This document shows, in pieces, positions 1-12,669 of a DNA stretch of 64,000 nt. How positions within the stretch are numbered: the first letter of the stretch is position 1; the number at the start of each line of letters is the position of its first letter. A program made the position numbers and the translations under genes. A model generated the notes under the pieces. That model had not been told where the DNA came from, ran no database searches, and worked only from the letters and a program-made list of their open reading frames with translations. The stretch comes from Octopus vulgaris. Taxonomy: Eukaryota. The stretch spans positions 31,930,001 through 31,994,000 of the forward strand of contig OX597838.1 of assembly GCA_951406725.2 (NCBI GenBank). The letters run 5' to 3'.

Positions 1-104
1 TCCGGAAGTTTTGTAAAAATTAAATTATTACTTTACAATGTTAACATTAATTCCCTCAGTCTTCAGATTGGGCAATGCCAGATGTCTCACTAATATATAC
101 ACAT

Positions 105-191
<87 letters not shown>

Positions 192-574
192 TTCAGCAAC
201 AATTTAGATTCAAATGAATATGGTACTTAATTTAGATGCACCAGAATTCTGTATGGTGTTATCCATAAAAATTTGTGGGGTGATTATAATAAAAAAATAA
301 GCACCAAGAATGACCCCGGTAATTTGGTACAATTGTTTCGCACTACATCATTTTATTAAAAGTTGTAAGTATTACATTAATGATGTAGTGTGAAACAATT
401 GTACCAAATTACCAGAGTCATTCTTGTTGCTTATTTTTTGAGTATATATATTTTTGAACCGTCCAACCCATGCTAGCATGGAAAACGGACGCTAAATGAT
501 GATGATGATGATGATGATATATATATATATATATAAATATCTATGTATGTATATCTGTAATGTTTCTGTTACAG

Positions 575-640
575 TTGCAGTATGCCACAATCTTAGATAT
601 TATCAACAATCTTCTGCTCCATGTTGAACGAAACAGGAAG
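575..640 (+). CDS. BLTP2: BLTP2/KIAA0100 (Hobbit) exon 1 of 14 in window; gene begins upstream
   Basis: ttacag acceptor, AAG|gtaata donor; [22 protein letters not shown] resembles the KIAA0100 segment [21 protein letters not shown] (recalled). An in-frame alternative acceptor at 580 is possible. Confidence 0.88.
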
Positions 641-931
641 GTAATAGAATTCCTTGTTTTTTTTTTTCTTTTTTCATTACTTGCTCTCTCTCTCTCCATC
701 CTGTTTATCATTTTTAGATTTAAAACACTCCATCTGTTTTCTGAGTCTTGTGTTTTATATTTGTCTACATTGTACATATGTTGTTATGTGTCTCACATTG
801 CATGTATTAATCTGTGCATATTACAAGGTCCTCACCATTTCATGTCCATTGTCCACATTGGTACAGCTTGGACGCATCACTCATTGTGTTTCTAGATGGG
901 TCACAGGACCACATCTGCTTTTTATGTGTAA

Positions 932-1290
932 CTAGCAGTATCGCCCAGCGTTTCTCGGGTGTTTCGAACCTTTAGAATTGGAATTTTTGAAAAGTAAAAG
1001 TTTTGCATTATGTAGCTTGTTATTCTCTTAAAGTGAACATTTTTCTGGTTGAAATACACCAAAAAATGGCGACACAGCAGTCAAAAAATTGTAAAAAATA
1101 GGGATTTTCATAGAAAAAAGCACCTTTTTGATGTAAATAATTTTTAGTGTTAACATGGTCCGATTTGAATTTTCTTCTTCTACTCTCAATTTTGGTCAAC
1201 TTGCGCTGCAGGGTCTCGGAGGAGATAGTGTTAGTTGAAGGCTACCAAATCTGCCATACACAGACAACTTCAGCTTTATATATATATAGA
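932..1290 (-). mobile_element. Non-autonomous Helitron
   Basis: On minus: A|TC start, subterminal CCCG..TGGG hairpin, CTAG|T end, no TSD; termini shared with the 6199, 18648 and 25468 copies, interior different. Confidence 0.75.
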
Positions 1291-1587
1291 TTTTTGATTT
1301 GATTTCTATAGTTGGATACTCTTCCCAACACCAACCACTTCACAGAGTCTGTTGGATGCAATTTCTCATAGCATTAGAGAAGTTGCTAAGTCTTTGACAA
1401 GACCAAACAGGACCTCTTGACCTCATACCTGACTGAGTGCACTGGGTGCATTTCACTGTGGCACCTGAGAGGAGAGGTGTAAGAGGACTTTTGAAGAGCA
1501 AGAGGTGGATGGTTAGTGTCAATACCAAAATGGCCAGAGGGTGTGTATGGGTATTTGCTTATATAATGTGCCTGTGTGTGTATAATG

Positions 1588-2044
1588 TGTAGTGACGCTA
1601 CTGTGTAAGTTTCAGTGCACATGCACAGAATTGGATTCCTTCTGGTTGGCCACCGGAAGTTTCCTCATGCGCAGGAACTGCAACCTGAAGGCGTGACCAC
1701 TAAATTGGTCCTTTTCTGGCAGAGCAGCGCTAGTGATCAGACGTGGCTCGACTTCTCTCAGGGAACACCCTACGCACAGAGAAGCTCTCACTTCGAAGCG
1801 GGAACGAACACCGTATCTTCTTGGCTCACACGAGTGAACATTTGTGTAAACAGTCCTGTGGACTCGGATGTCGGTTTCCTCACAAGAAATACATATGTAT
1901 ATTGTTTTACCTGTGAACAGTAGAATAAAACTACCATTTGTTGTTATTGAAGACAGCCTGACTTTGGTTCCGTTTCTTCAACTTGTATGTGACAAGATCA
2001 GACCAGACACCCCTCCAGTGTTCCTGAACTCTCATCCTGTTACA
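1588..2044 (+). mobile_element. Solo LTR (Gypsy-like)
   Basis: TGTA...TACA termini, 4-bp TSD AATG on both sides (1584-1587, 2045-2048), internal AATAAA near 1924, CpG-richer than flanks. Confidence 0.75.
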
Positions 2045-2304
2045 AATGTGTATGTTGGGTGTATATGTGTGGGTATGTGTTATTTGTTTCAATGTAGATG
2101 TACAGTGTGGATATGTACTTCCTATGTTTGTGTTGTGTGTATGAGTATGTGTGTATGTGTAGTGTTGTGTATGTTTACACGAGTATGCACTTTTATGTCT
2201 TCTTGTTACTATTGCCCCTTGCCCTTTCCTGCCACACTGAAGAAAGTACCTGTAAAATAATAATGTTGGTACCCCACCCCACCTTCTTTCATTGTAAATA
2301 ATGA

Positions 2305-2890
2305 TGAATTGGCAGAACCCTTAAAGCATTGGAGAAAACACCTTGCATTATTCGTTTCAGTTCTTATATTTTGGGTTCAATTCTTGCTGAGGTCAAGTTT
2401 GCTTTTCATCCTTCTGGGGATCAGTAAAATTAAACACCAGTCAAGTATTGGGGCTGTTAGTATTGACTAAAATATTGTTTTTTTTTTTTTGTATCCTTGA
2501 GGCAGAAATCTGGCAGAATTGTAAGTATTCGAGACGAAACGCTTAGCTGCACTTTGCCAGTCTTCACATTCTGGGTTCAAATTTCACTGAAGGGGACTTT
2601 CATCCTTTTGTGGTGGGGTTGGTAAAATAAAGAACTACTCAAGCATTGGGGTCAATCTAATCAACTATTCTCTCCTTGCAAAATTTCAGGTCTTCTGCCC
2701 ATAATCGAAAGGATTATTAATATTATTATTATTAAAATGGCTTGCTAACAGAATTGTCAACTAAGTGGCATTTCTTCTTATTCACATTCTGAGTTCAAAT
2801 CCTGCCTAGGTCTCAACTTTGTCTTTCGCCCTTTCAATGTAATTGACTTTCCCCATCCCCCTAAAATTGCTGACCTTGTGTCAAAATTTG
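2305..2890 (+). mobile_element. Three decayed tandem copies of tRNA-SINE family B
   Basis: Repeated TGGCAGAA / GGTTCAAAT / CTTTCATCC motifs separated by ATT-rich tails. Confidence 0.6.
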
Positions 2891-3000
2891 AAGACTGTTA
2901 TTATTATTATTGTTATTATTATTACTATTATCACCAATAATAGTAAGTACTATTACAATATGGTCCCCTTGAACTAATGCCCTGTCTTTGTCGGTGACAG

Positions 3001-3098
3001 CAAGCCGGTGAGAAATTACAAAGTATGAGGTTCCAACTTCAACTTTCCACTGTCGAAGATCAGCGGTCACCAATTCTTCTGCTCCAAGAGAATGTCAG
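3001..3098 (+). CDS. BLTP2: BLTP2 exon 2 in window
   Basis: tgacag acceptor, AG|gtaggt donor; QAGEKLQSMRFQLQLSTVEDQRSPILLLQENV(R); phase 0 to 2. Confidence 0.9.
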
Positions 3099-4423
3099 GT
3101 AGGTTATTATGGTTGTTGTTGTTTATAGTAATACATCATCTTCGTCATCATTGGCATTGTCATCATCATCATCATCAATAATTTACTGGAACTTCCATTT
3201 TTCTGGTCATATTTCATGCCAAATATGCTGTCAGTGTGTTTCAGTTATATTTGAAATCAATCAATTTGTTTCCCTCGTTAAGACAGTGTTTCGAACATAA
3301 TTTAGGAAAAGGTTCTTGCATAAAATTATGATGGAAGGTTTTTAATCTGAACAAGAATCTTTTAAAATGGGTAGTTCTCTATGATGGTGCCACGGGTGGT
3401 CTCAGACAAGTAACCATTTTTGGTTCCATTGTAGAAATGTCAATAATTCTTTCATTTATGCATATTTTCTTCTGGCAAAAGTCACCACCTCCAAAAACCG
3501 TTAAAAAATCTCATATATATATAGAGAGAGAAAGGGAGAGAAGTATCTCCCTGTAACTTGGGGGTACAAGTTCTGACCCATCTCATCTTCACCATCTTCT
3601 CTGTCTCTCTCTCTCTCTCTCTCTCCCTCCCCCCTCCCCCCACTTTCTCCCTACTCTCCCCTCCTCTCTCTGAAGCAGCCATGTTTCTTCTTTACTGTAA
3701 GACACCTTTTTCTGTCCCTCATTACTAATTCCCTTCTCTCAGTTGATTTGGTGACCTCACTGGTACTAGTGCCGCATAAGAAGCACTCAATACACTCTGT
3801 CAAATGGTTGGCATAGAAACCATGCCAAAGCAGACAGCAGAGGAGCTTGATGCAGCCTTCTGAACTTACCAATTCCAATTGAACTGTCCAACTTATGCCA
3901 GCACGGAAAAGGGTATCAAATGATGATAGATAGGTGTACACCTGTATGTGTATGAGATGGTGGATGGCAGAATAAGTATTTCTTTTTTCTATCTCAATTT
4001 ATGTTCTGAGTTCAAATCCTACCCATATCAGCTTTGTATTTCCTCCTTCCAAGGTCAATAAAATATGTAACAGTTTGCATGTATGGGAGCATGATATAAT
4101 CAACATTAGTGCTCCAGCAAGGCCACTACCCAAAAGCTGAAACCAGTAAAAGAGTTAAAAGAATGCTGGGATATTTCCACGAATGAAATATTTGGCTGGT
4201 TTGTGTTTGCGGAAAAGAAGTCTGCTGTAATGAAGGACGTTTGCATCAATGTTTTATTAATAAAGAGGAATTAAGAATAAAAGTATTTGATGATGGTGAT
4301 GATGATGATGATGGTGGTGGTGGTAAGAGGATATTTTTATTGTTAATCATGTCAGAGTAGTTTTATTATGTTTTGTGGGATTTTTTTTTTCATTATCTCT
4401 CTTTGACCTTTGATGTATTTCAG

Positions 4424-4510
4424 AAAACAAGTTCAAAAGCTGCGCAAACTGGAGAAGGACCTTTATATGATCCACAAGGCTCTTGAAGATGAGTGTGCTG
4501 ATGCAGAAAG
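4424..4510 (+). CDS. BLTP2: BLTP2 exon 3 in window
   Basis: tttcag acceptor, AG|gtctgt donor; KQVQKLRKLEKDLYMIHKALEDECADAE; phase 2 to 2, coiled-coil-like. Confidence 0.85.
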
Positions 4511-4729
4511 GTCTGTGGTAGATGGAGATTGTACACACACACACACACACACACACATGTATACACATTCATTCATGCATGTATAAATGTGTGAGTGTGT
4601 GTGTGTATATATATAAAATTTAATTAGAGGTTGTGTAAACTTCATGAAGGGATGGTTTCATCCTAGGAAATGCTGGCTCAACACCTAGTGTTTTAGGAGA
4701 TTGGGGAATTAATTTCCTTAAAATAATAG

Positions 4730-5050
4730 GTATATGTTAAAAAAAAACATATAGTTTATATTCATTTAAAGGAAGAAAAGAAAATAGAGATTAAGAAGTT
4801 AATAATTGTTTATTATTAACAGCAAATTGGTCATCTTTACTTACAGCCGTTTCAATTAATGCTCTATAAACATTAGATTTGCATTAATGTGACATGAGCA
4901 TAATTTCATCAGAGGTACATTTGGATGCTATGTGTGTGCTTATGAATTCATTTTAGGAGACTAAAATAAATTCGTTTTCAGTCCGTTGCTAAAACGAATT
5001 TTAACAGACATACATAAAGAGGTTTTTTTCAGGTCTAGAAACGAGACCAT
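4730..5050 (-). mobile_element. Penelope-like relic with hammerhead-like motif (4838-4917)
   Basis: Minus strand: CTGATGA-AATTATGCTC...GAGCATTAATT-GAAA-CGGCTG-TA. Element boundaries approximate. Confidence 0.55.
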
Positions 5051-5734
5051 CCAAACACACACACACACATGCATATACATTGTTTAAGTGGAACAGTGAA
5101 ACTATGCAACACATTTTTGGAAATTCAACATTTTGGTTATAGACTGTGGTTGTTATATAAGGCCCTCATGCTTTCCGAAATCCGCCGAAACTACACCTGA
5201 TTGTCCCCCTTCCATACTCATACACATATGTGTATGTCAGGACTCATGCACTGTTCTTTTCCTGATGCTTGTACATTACCCTATGTACTATACATACACT
5301 TTAGATGAGTTGTAGTGCACCTGAGCACTGTACACAATGTTTTATTATTATTATTATTATTATAAAGTTGCAATGATGGGGATTTGTTTGTTTATTAGAA
5401 ATAGAACAGTGATTTATTGGAAGAATTCAAAGTATTAAGAGGAGATACATACAAATATACATTTATCCACCCCACATAGGACAGCCATACTGGCATACAA
5501 GTCCTATTGCCTGAGGTTAATAATAAAAAAAAAAAACTGGGCTTACAAAGAATAAGTCCTGGGCTCGAGTTGCTCGATTAAAGGTGGTGCTCCAGCATGG
5601 CTGCAGTCAAAATGACTGAAACAAGTAAAAAGAGAAAAAAAAGAGAAAGATAGTTTTGGACAATTTCATTTGAAAACCAATCCCCAACCACAGGGCAGAC
5701 AAATAGATAAAGATTGGAAACTATAGTTGTGATC

Positions 5735-6050
5735 TCTGTGCTGGTGGCATGTAAAAAGCACCATACGAATGTGGTCGATGCCAGCACCACCTTACTGGCT
5801 TCCGTGCTGGTGGCATGTATAAAGCACCAACCGGTCGTGGTTGTTGCCAGCCCCCTCTGGCCCCTGTGCCAGTGGCATGTAAAAAGCACACACAACACTC
5901 TCGGAGTGGTTGGCGTTAGGAATGGCAACCAGCTGTAGAAACACTGCCAGATCAGACTAGAGCCTGGTACAGCCTTCTGGCTTCCCAGACCCCAACAAAA
6001 ACTATCCAATCCATGCCAGCATGGAAAACGGACGTTAAACAATGATGATG
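5735..6050 (+). mobile_element. RTE-LINE 3' UTR-derived repeat with (GAT)n tail; other copies at about 455-518, 8450-8700, 10050-10275, 14725-14982, 15884-16077, 17214-17465, 52088-52195 (+) and 15450-15712, 29244-29436, 29687-29850 (-)
   Basis: Shared GAGTGGTTGGCGTTAGGAAGGGCATCCAGC...CCAACCCATGCYAGCATGGAAAACGGACG-(ATG)n; variable 5' truncation. Confidence 0.8.
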
Positions 6051-6198
6051 TATTAAGTTGATCCCTTATATTTTTCCTCTGTGTTATGAGACAAAATATG
6101 AAGCGTTTAAAGAAGAATATTTTGTAAAATCATGGCAGCAAAGTTTCGTTCAATATTTCTCTGTAAACAATGTTTGCAGTTAATCCTATATAAATAGA

Positions 6199-6586
6199 CT
6201 AGCAGTATCGCCCGGCGTTGCTCGGGTTTGTAAGGGAAATAACTATATAAGCATTTTTAGAGATGTAAAGTATAATAGCCATCTCAATATGGCTAACCAC
6301 AAAGGGGGGGGGGTGTTACTGTAGCTTTTTACGTTCTGAGATTTAATAATAAATTTTTAGAGAGTTACTTCCCTTATATATGCTAAAAATGCATTAAAAA
6401 TGGGAAAAATTGATAGTAAATTTTCTTTATAATCGTAGACTCTCGCTAATACCCAGAAGGGCTCGATATGAATCACGACTATAAGATACCTGGTTTTGGT
6501 TAAACTGCACCGCAAAATGTGGGAGTAGTTAGGAATCTAAATCGGAGGAGACAGTCAGCACACAACCTCACTTTTATATATAAAGA
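6199..6586 (-). mobile_element. Non-autonomous Helitron
   Basis: Minus: A|TCTTTATATAT ... CCCGAGCAACGCCGGG hairpin ... CTAG|T. Confidence 0.82.
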
Positions 6587-7502
6587 TGTGTGTGTGGGGA
6601 GTGGATGTAGGTAAGAGTTGTTTCCCTTCCTTTTTCTCCACTATTTATCAACCAAGAGTGGCAATGAACTGAATGGAAGAGCCCTGAAGGGAATCTCTTT
6701 GTCAGTGGTTCTCAATCATTTGATCCAGCTGGGATTCAACAGGTCCCAGCTTACATCTCAATGACTACAAGCTGTGGCTCTGCCCTTTCTGTGTAATCTT
6801 GTCACACAACATCATAGTGATTACAATTAGGGAGTAATTATTCAGCCATACTGAAATACAAATGAACTGACACGTGGATATATGTATATAATAAATATAT
6901 ATTTAGCTCTTCAATATCCTTCCTAAATGCCTGAGAGACCTGCATGGTGTGGATGTGGGTTTCTTTAAAACTAAACTGGATCTCTTCTTGTCAGGGGTTC
7001 CAGATGAACCTACCTCTCGGCAGGAAACACAGATGCGGGCAGCGGCGTCGAACTCCCTTGTTGATCAAGTGCCACGTATCAAAGGTGGTTTTACATACTA
7101 GTGTAGCTCATTCAACGGTGGTGCCCCAGCATGGCCGCAGCTTTTGAGCTGAAACATTTTTAGGGATTTAAGGATATATATACATATATATATATGGGAG
7201 GGTTCTCACGAACAAACCCTGAAATCGGTCCGATATGGTAATAATGGAATTTTTTAGAAATTTCTGTCGGCTTTTTTTCGAGTAGTGTGCGTATTGTGAT
7301 AAATTATATGGTAATGGACAATATGTCCAATTTTCGGCATATTTGGCATTAGAAATTTTTTCATTTGCCCTTATTTATAAGTTGTTTATAATTTTAACCT
7401 TTAAAGGTATTTTTTTGATATGCTGGCCATTGATAAAATTTTTTTTAGAAAAAAATTTTATCCTACATTAAAGATATATATATATACATATATATATATA
7501 TA

Positions 7503-7693
7503 CTTTATTTAAAGCAGCAGAAAATTCTACAAAACCTGTTACTCTGAGTTTCACGTTGCCCTTCATCGGACAGAAACTCAGAGTAACAGGTTTTGTAGAA
7601 TTTTCTGCTGCTTTAAATAAAGCATATTACTCTACCACTGGTATTTGAGTACTCTTTTTCCACCTTGTTTCACATTTATGTGTTTACTCCGGT
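7503..7693. mobile_element. Penelope-like relic with 50-bp fold-back and hammerhead-like motif
   Basis: 7503-7552 is the reverse complement of 7573-7622; embedded in (TA)n; same family as 63667-63810. Confidence 0.65.
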
Positions 7694-7992
7694 GTATATA
7701 TATATATATATATATATATACCAGGGTAACCACATGCATGTGAAACAAGGTGGAAAAATAGTGCTCGAATACCGGAGGTAGAGTAATATCTTTTATTACT
7801 AACGCTGCAAAGACATCTCAAAAATAGTTTTTGTGATGTCTTTGCAGCTTTATTAATAAAGTATATGTCTGAAATATTGCTGATTTCTTATTTTATGCTA
7901 TACATTGCCATAGCCACAGATGCATTGTCAGCTCCCAGAGGTGGGGTAACACTACTTCCTATCTCAATATCTTTGTTTTGTATATTTTACAG

Positions 7993-8085
7993 CTTACACC
8001 AACAGAGCAAAATAGTGGAGATGCACCTGTTTGAGTGTAAAGAACAAATCAATGGCTACAATGAGGAACTAACCATACGTATCAG
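7993..8085 (+). CDS. BLTP2: BLTP2 exon 4 in window, followed by a GC donor
   Basis: ttacag acceptor; LHQQSKIVEMHLFECKEQINGYNEELTIRI; ends AG|gcaagt, the only phase-compatible donor I found near the exon end. Confidence 0.85.
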
Positions 8086-8699
8086 GCAAGTCGCTCTTCA
8101 TGTTTTCTTGTATTGGTCATAGTGAAGGTGGTGTTGAAGGGCAGTGGTGGTGTTGGTCATGGTGGTTCTGATAATTGTGGACGAGTGGCTGTAATGTTTG
8201 TAGTGGTGATAAAAACAGTGGAGTCATGTTTGTCTTGGGTGATGATGGTGGGGTAGCTCTTGTTGTCATGGGGTTGGTGATGACAGTGAGGGTAGCAGTG
8301 GTGGTGGTAATAGTGGTGACGACAGTAAGGTGAAATGGTGGTATTTGCAGTGGTAGTTTTTGTCTGATTCATGAGCCACAACCACGGTGCACATGTCTGT
8401 GTTAGACCTTGTCTGTTAGAGCATGCCCTGAATTGGGTAGTGCTTTTTTGCATATGTGCTGGTGACACATAAAAGGCACTATCTAAACATGATTGATGCC
8501 AGCACCGCCTGACTGGCTGCCATGCACCTACTACTAACGCCAACCACACTCGAAGTGGTTGGCATTAGGAAGAGCATCCAGCTGTAGAAACATTGCCAGA
8601 TCAGATTGGAGCCTAGTGCAGACTTCTGGCTTTCCAGACCTCAGTCAAACCATCCAACCCATGTGAGCATGGAAAATGGATATTAAACGAGGATGCTGA

Positions 8700-8771
<72 letters not shown>

Positions 8772-8775
<4 letters not shown>

Positions 8776-10020
8776 GTTGTCCTATACATAATGTGGATAT
8801 TATTTTACTGCTTTTTCAACATTAAGATAAACAGTTCTTTTTTAATCTAAAATATACTCTCCTTCATTTTCTACAATGCTCTTCCATCTATCTACTAGAC
8901 TTGCAAGGCCCCTATTCCAAAATTCACTTGTCCATGATGAAAAATACTCCTCCAGTACTGTTCTGACTTCGTCTACAGAATCCATATTTTTTCCGTCCAA
9001 ATGATTTTGAAGACTGCCAAGTAAATGATAATCAGATGGGGCAATGTCTGGCAAATATGGTGGGTGGGGCATCATTTCCCATTCAAACTGCTCCAGCCTT
9101 TGGAATGTCATCCTCGCTGTATGTGGTCGAGCATTATCCTGATGGAAGAATACCTTTCGTTTCAAAACCAAAGATGGTCGTTTTTCTTCCAGCGCTGACT
9201 TAAGCTGCTCACAGTAGATTTCCTTTGTTATTGTTTGGTTTGGGTTTAAAAGTTCAAAGTGGACTAAACCTTTCATATCCCACCAAACAGATAACAACAC
9301 CTTACATGGGTGAAGACCTTCTTTAGCCTGGGGTGCATGTGTTTCTCTTTTCCCTACCCATTGTCTTCAGCAATTGATATTTGCATAGAGAACCCATTTC
9401 TCATCACCAGTTGCTATTCGATCCAAAAAAGGTTCATTCATGAGATGAGCCCACACTCACTCCCAGCCTGCAATTAGACTGGGAAAGTTTGTGAGGAACC
9501 CATTGATCCAGTTTGCTGACTTTTTCAATGGCACGCAAGTATCGATAAATGGTTGAATGACCAAATCCATGCTTCTCTGCTAGTTCCTCAACAGGGTTTG
9601 TTCTACCAGAGTTTGCAGGATGTTCTCATCAAGCTCTGCAGATCTCCCAGGATGAGGCTTGTCTTCTAGGCTGTAGTTTCCGGGTTGGAATTTCTGGATC
9701 CACCGTTGATACTGGCTTATGCTTTTTGTCCAATCCCCATAGACTGTGTTAATATTCCTCGCACGTTCCGTTGTGTTGTTGTCTTTATTGAACTCATAAA
9801 GCAAAATCTGCCGAAAATGCTCTTTTGTCACTTCCATTATAACTGTGAAAAAATAACTGTTCAAATCAAACTGAATTCATCAAATCTTGCACTAAGAATA
9901 AGTACAAGGTAAAAGCACTACCTACTTTTATAGCAAGTTGATGCAGGTAGTTTATCCCTTCCCCCTCAGACTTTTAGTTCATGCAATTGAAAAAACTCCA
10001 TTATTTATGGAATAACCCAA
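8772..10020 (-). mobile_element. Full-length decayed mariner (D,D34D) transposon
   Basis: TA TSDs, about 28-bp imperfect TIRs (TTGGGTT...ATAAT), 1249 bp. Transposase pieces MEVTKEHFR.., RIATGDEKWVLY, FFHQDNARPH..PPYLPDIAPSDY with 34 residues between the last two Asp; ORF disrupted. Confidence 0.93.
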
Positions 10021-10281
10021 TATGATGAAAAAAAATATATTTGAGCGAGGTCGCTGCCAGTAACGCCTGACTGGCCCCTGTGCCGGTGGCACGTAAAAGC
10101 ACCCACTACACTCTCAGAGTGGTTGGTGTTAGGAAGGGCATCCAGCTGTTGAAACTCTGCCAGATCAAGACTGGAGCCTGGTGCAGCCATCTGGTTCGCC
10201 AGCCTACTGTCAAACCGTCCAACCCATGCTAGCATGGAAAGTGGACATTAAACGACGATGATGATGATGATGATATATATT

Positions 10282-10342
<61 letters not shown>

Positions 10343-10713
10343 GTGTATGTATGTTGCAATCACTTCAACACCTGACGCATGGTACACAGTGCACCTGTTC
10401 AAACAATATTGATTTGACGGGGGGATAGGTGAGCTAATGTGTGGCATGAACATTTGATCATGATAAACAAATCAATTGTGCAGGTCATGTGGCAAGAGCC
10501 AGCACCACCCCGTGTGCTGATTAAGAGGATATAAAAAGTGGGCAGGATTGGGAAATTGCCAGAGAAAGTAAAAAAGGGCAGAAAATGTCAACAAAATGCA
10601 TGATGGGGAACCTATGACGTCCCTTATTGAACTGAAGCTCATAATTCTTCACAGAACAACTGAAGAACTAGAACTGTTACTAAATAAACTGAAAGAAGGT
10701 GTGTGTGTGTATG

Positions 10714-11300
10714 CGCCCTTAAATATGGTTTCTGATTACAAATATCTTGGGTCATACATATCATCATCTGGAAAAGATTTTCTAACTAGAAAGGGCATGG
10801 CCTGGTCAGCCTGTAATGATATGCATAAGATCTGGTCATCAAATCTAAGTAGAGACTTCAAACTTGAAATCTTCAAAGCCACAGTCGAACCAATTCTACT
10901 ATATGGCTCAGAAACCTGGACGTTATCAAAGAAGCTTGAGAGGCGGTTGGATGGAACCTACACTCGCCTCCTTATAAGAGCTCAAAATATCTCGTGGAAG
11001 CGTCATCCAACCAAAATGCAATTATATAGGAAACTACCACTTGTGTTGTCTCTTGTGAAAGGTAGGAGAGTCCAGTTTGCTGGATATTGTTGTAGAACTG
11101 AAAACGATGCAATTTCTACTCTTCTCCTCTGGAAGCCATCTACTCGCAATACCAGAGGGCGCACACTCTCCTGCCCTGATGTAATCTCCAGGGATATAGG
11201 CATCCAGTAACAGGACCTCCGTAATGCTATGATGGACTGTGAAGTCTGGCGTAGTATGATAAATTCCATTGTCTCGACCACGCTCGAACAATGATGATGA
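10714..11300 (+). mobile_element. 5'-truncated RTE-like LINE, 3' end of RT ORF
   Basis: YKYLGS...PILLYGSETWTL..LERRLD motif, (TGA)n tail; closely similar to 54465-54809. Confidence 0.85.
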
Positions 11301-11339
11301 TGTGTGTGTATATACAATTAGCTGTCCTCTATAATATAT

Positions 11340-11995
11340 GTCCATTTTCTATGTTGGCATAGATTGGACAGTTTGACATGGAGCTAGCCAGATTCCAGTT
11401 GTCTGTTGTGGCATGGTTTCTACTAGTGGATGCCCTTCCTAACGCCAACCACTTAGCAGAGTGTGCTGAGTGCTCTTTACGTGCCACTAGCACAAATGCA
11501 TTTATGCAGCACCAGCATGGGCGTTTTTTATGTGGCACTGGCACCTGAAAGGACACACCTGTATGTATGGAAGATGGCCATTTTATTAAGCTTGACACAT
11601 CTTATCAAATACACCAAATCACTATATCTCTCGCTCTCTTGGCATTTCCTCAGGGAGGCCCAGCATCCAAAGATCCTTTCTCACCACTTCATCCCACATC
11701 TTCCTGGGTCTACCCCTTCCACAGGTACCCTCCACAATTAGAGCTTGACACTTGTCTACACAGCTGTCCTCATCCATACACATCACATGACCAAACCAGC
11801 ACAGTCTACTCTCTTGCACACAACATCTGATGCCTCTTATACCCAATTTTCTTCTCAAATCATTTATACTCTGTTGTGCATGCACACTGACATTACCCAT
11901 TCAGTGGAGCATGCTAGCTTCATTTCTTTCAAGTCTTTGCAAGTCCTCTGTAGTCAAAGCCTATGTTTCACTGCCATGTAACATAGCTGTATGTA
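11340..11995 (-). mobile_element. RTE LINE 3' fragment (ORF end plus 3' UTR)
   Basis: RLCWFGHVMCMDEDS..EGTCGRGRPRKMWDEVVRKDL, followed by the abundant UTR repeat. Confidence 0.85.
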
Positions 11996-12004
11996 TACAA
12001 GCAT

Positions 12005-12044
<40 letters not shown>

Positions 12045-12101
12045 CACACACATACATATATATTTGTGAAAGAGGACATAACAAGCATCTCAAGTCAATT
12101 C

Positions 12102-12423
12102 CTTTTACTTGTTTTAGTCATTTGACTGCGGCCATGCTGGAGCACCACCTTTAGTCGAGGAAATCAATCCCCAGGACTTATTCTTTGTAAGCCTAGTACT
12201 TATTCTATCGGCCTCTTTTGCCAAACCGCTAAGTTATGGGGACGTAAACACACCAGTATCGGTTGTCAAGCGATGTTGGGGGGACAAACACAGACACACA
12301 AACACGCACACATATATATACATATATATGTCGAGCTTCTTTCAGTTTCCATCTACCAAATCCACTCACAAGGCTTTGGTAGGCCCGAGGCTATAGTAGA
12401 AGACACTTGCCCAAGGTGCCACA
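12102..12423 (-). mobile_element. tRNA-SINE family A, head-truncated
   Basis: Reverse complement of the family A body and tail. Confidence 0.8.
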
Positions 12424-12669
12424 TTCTTAAATAATATAAAATGATGTATGTGACTTGAGATGCTTGTTATGCTTCGGCACTTGTTCTCTTTCACAAATAC
12501 ATATCTGTTAAAATTGGAAACCTAAAATGAACCCGTAGCTCCCATCTCAGTTATGAGCTTGGAATCCTGATAATCCATTACAGCACTTACCCAGCATACC
12601 TATTTGTTTTGATCACCAATGAACTAAACTCCCATACTCTGTTTGCATATATATATATACTTATATATA

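Noticed and set aside
8842-9864. Functional transposase or SETMAR-like gene
   Set aside because: Broken into pieces by stops, frameshifts and deletions and bounded by TIRs; a decayed element.
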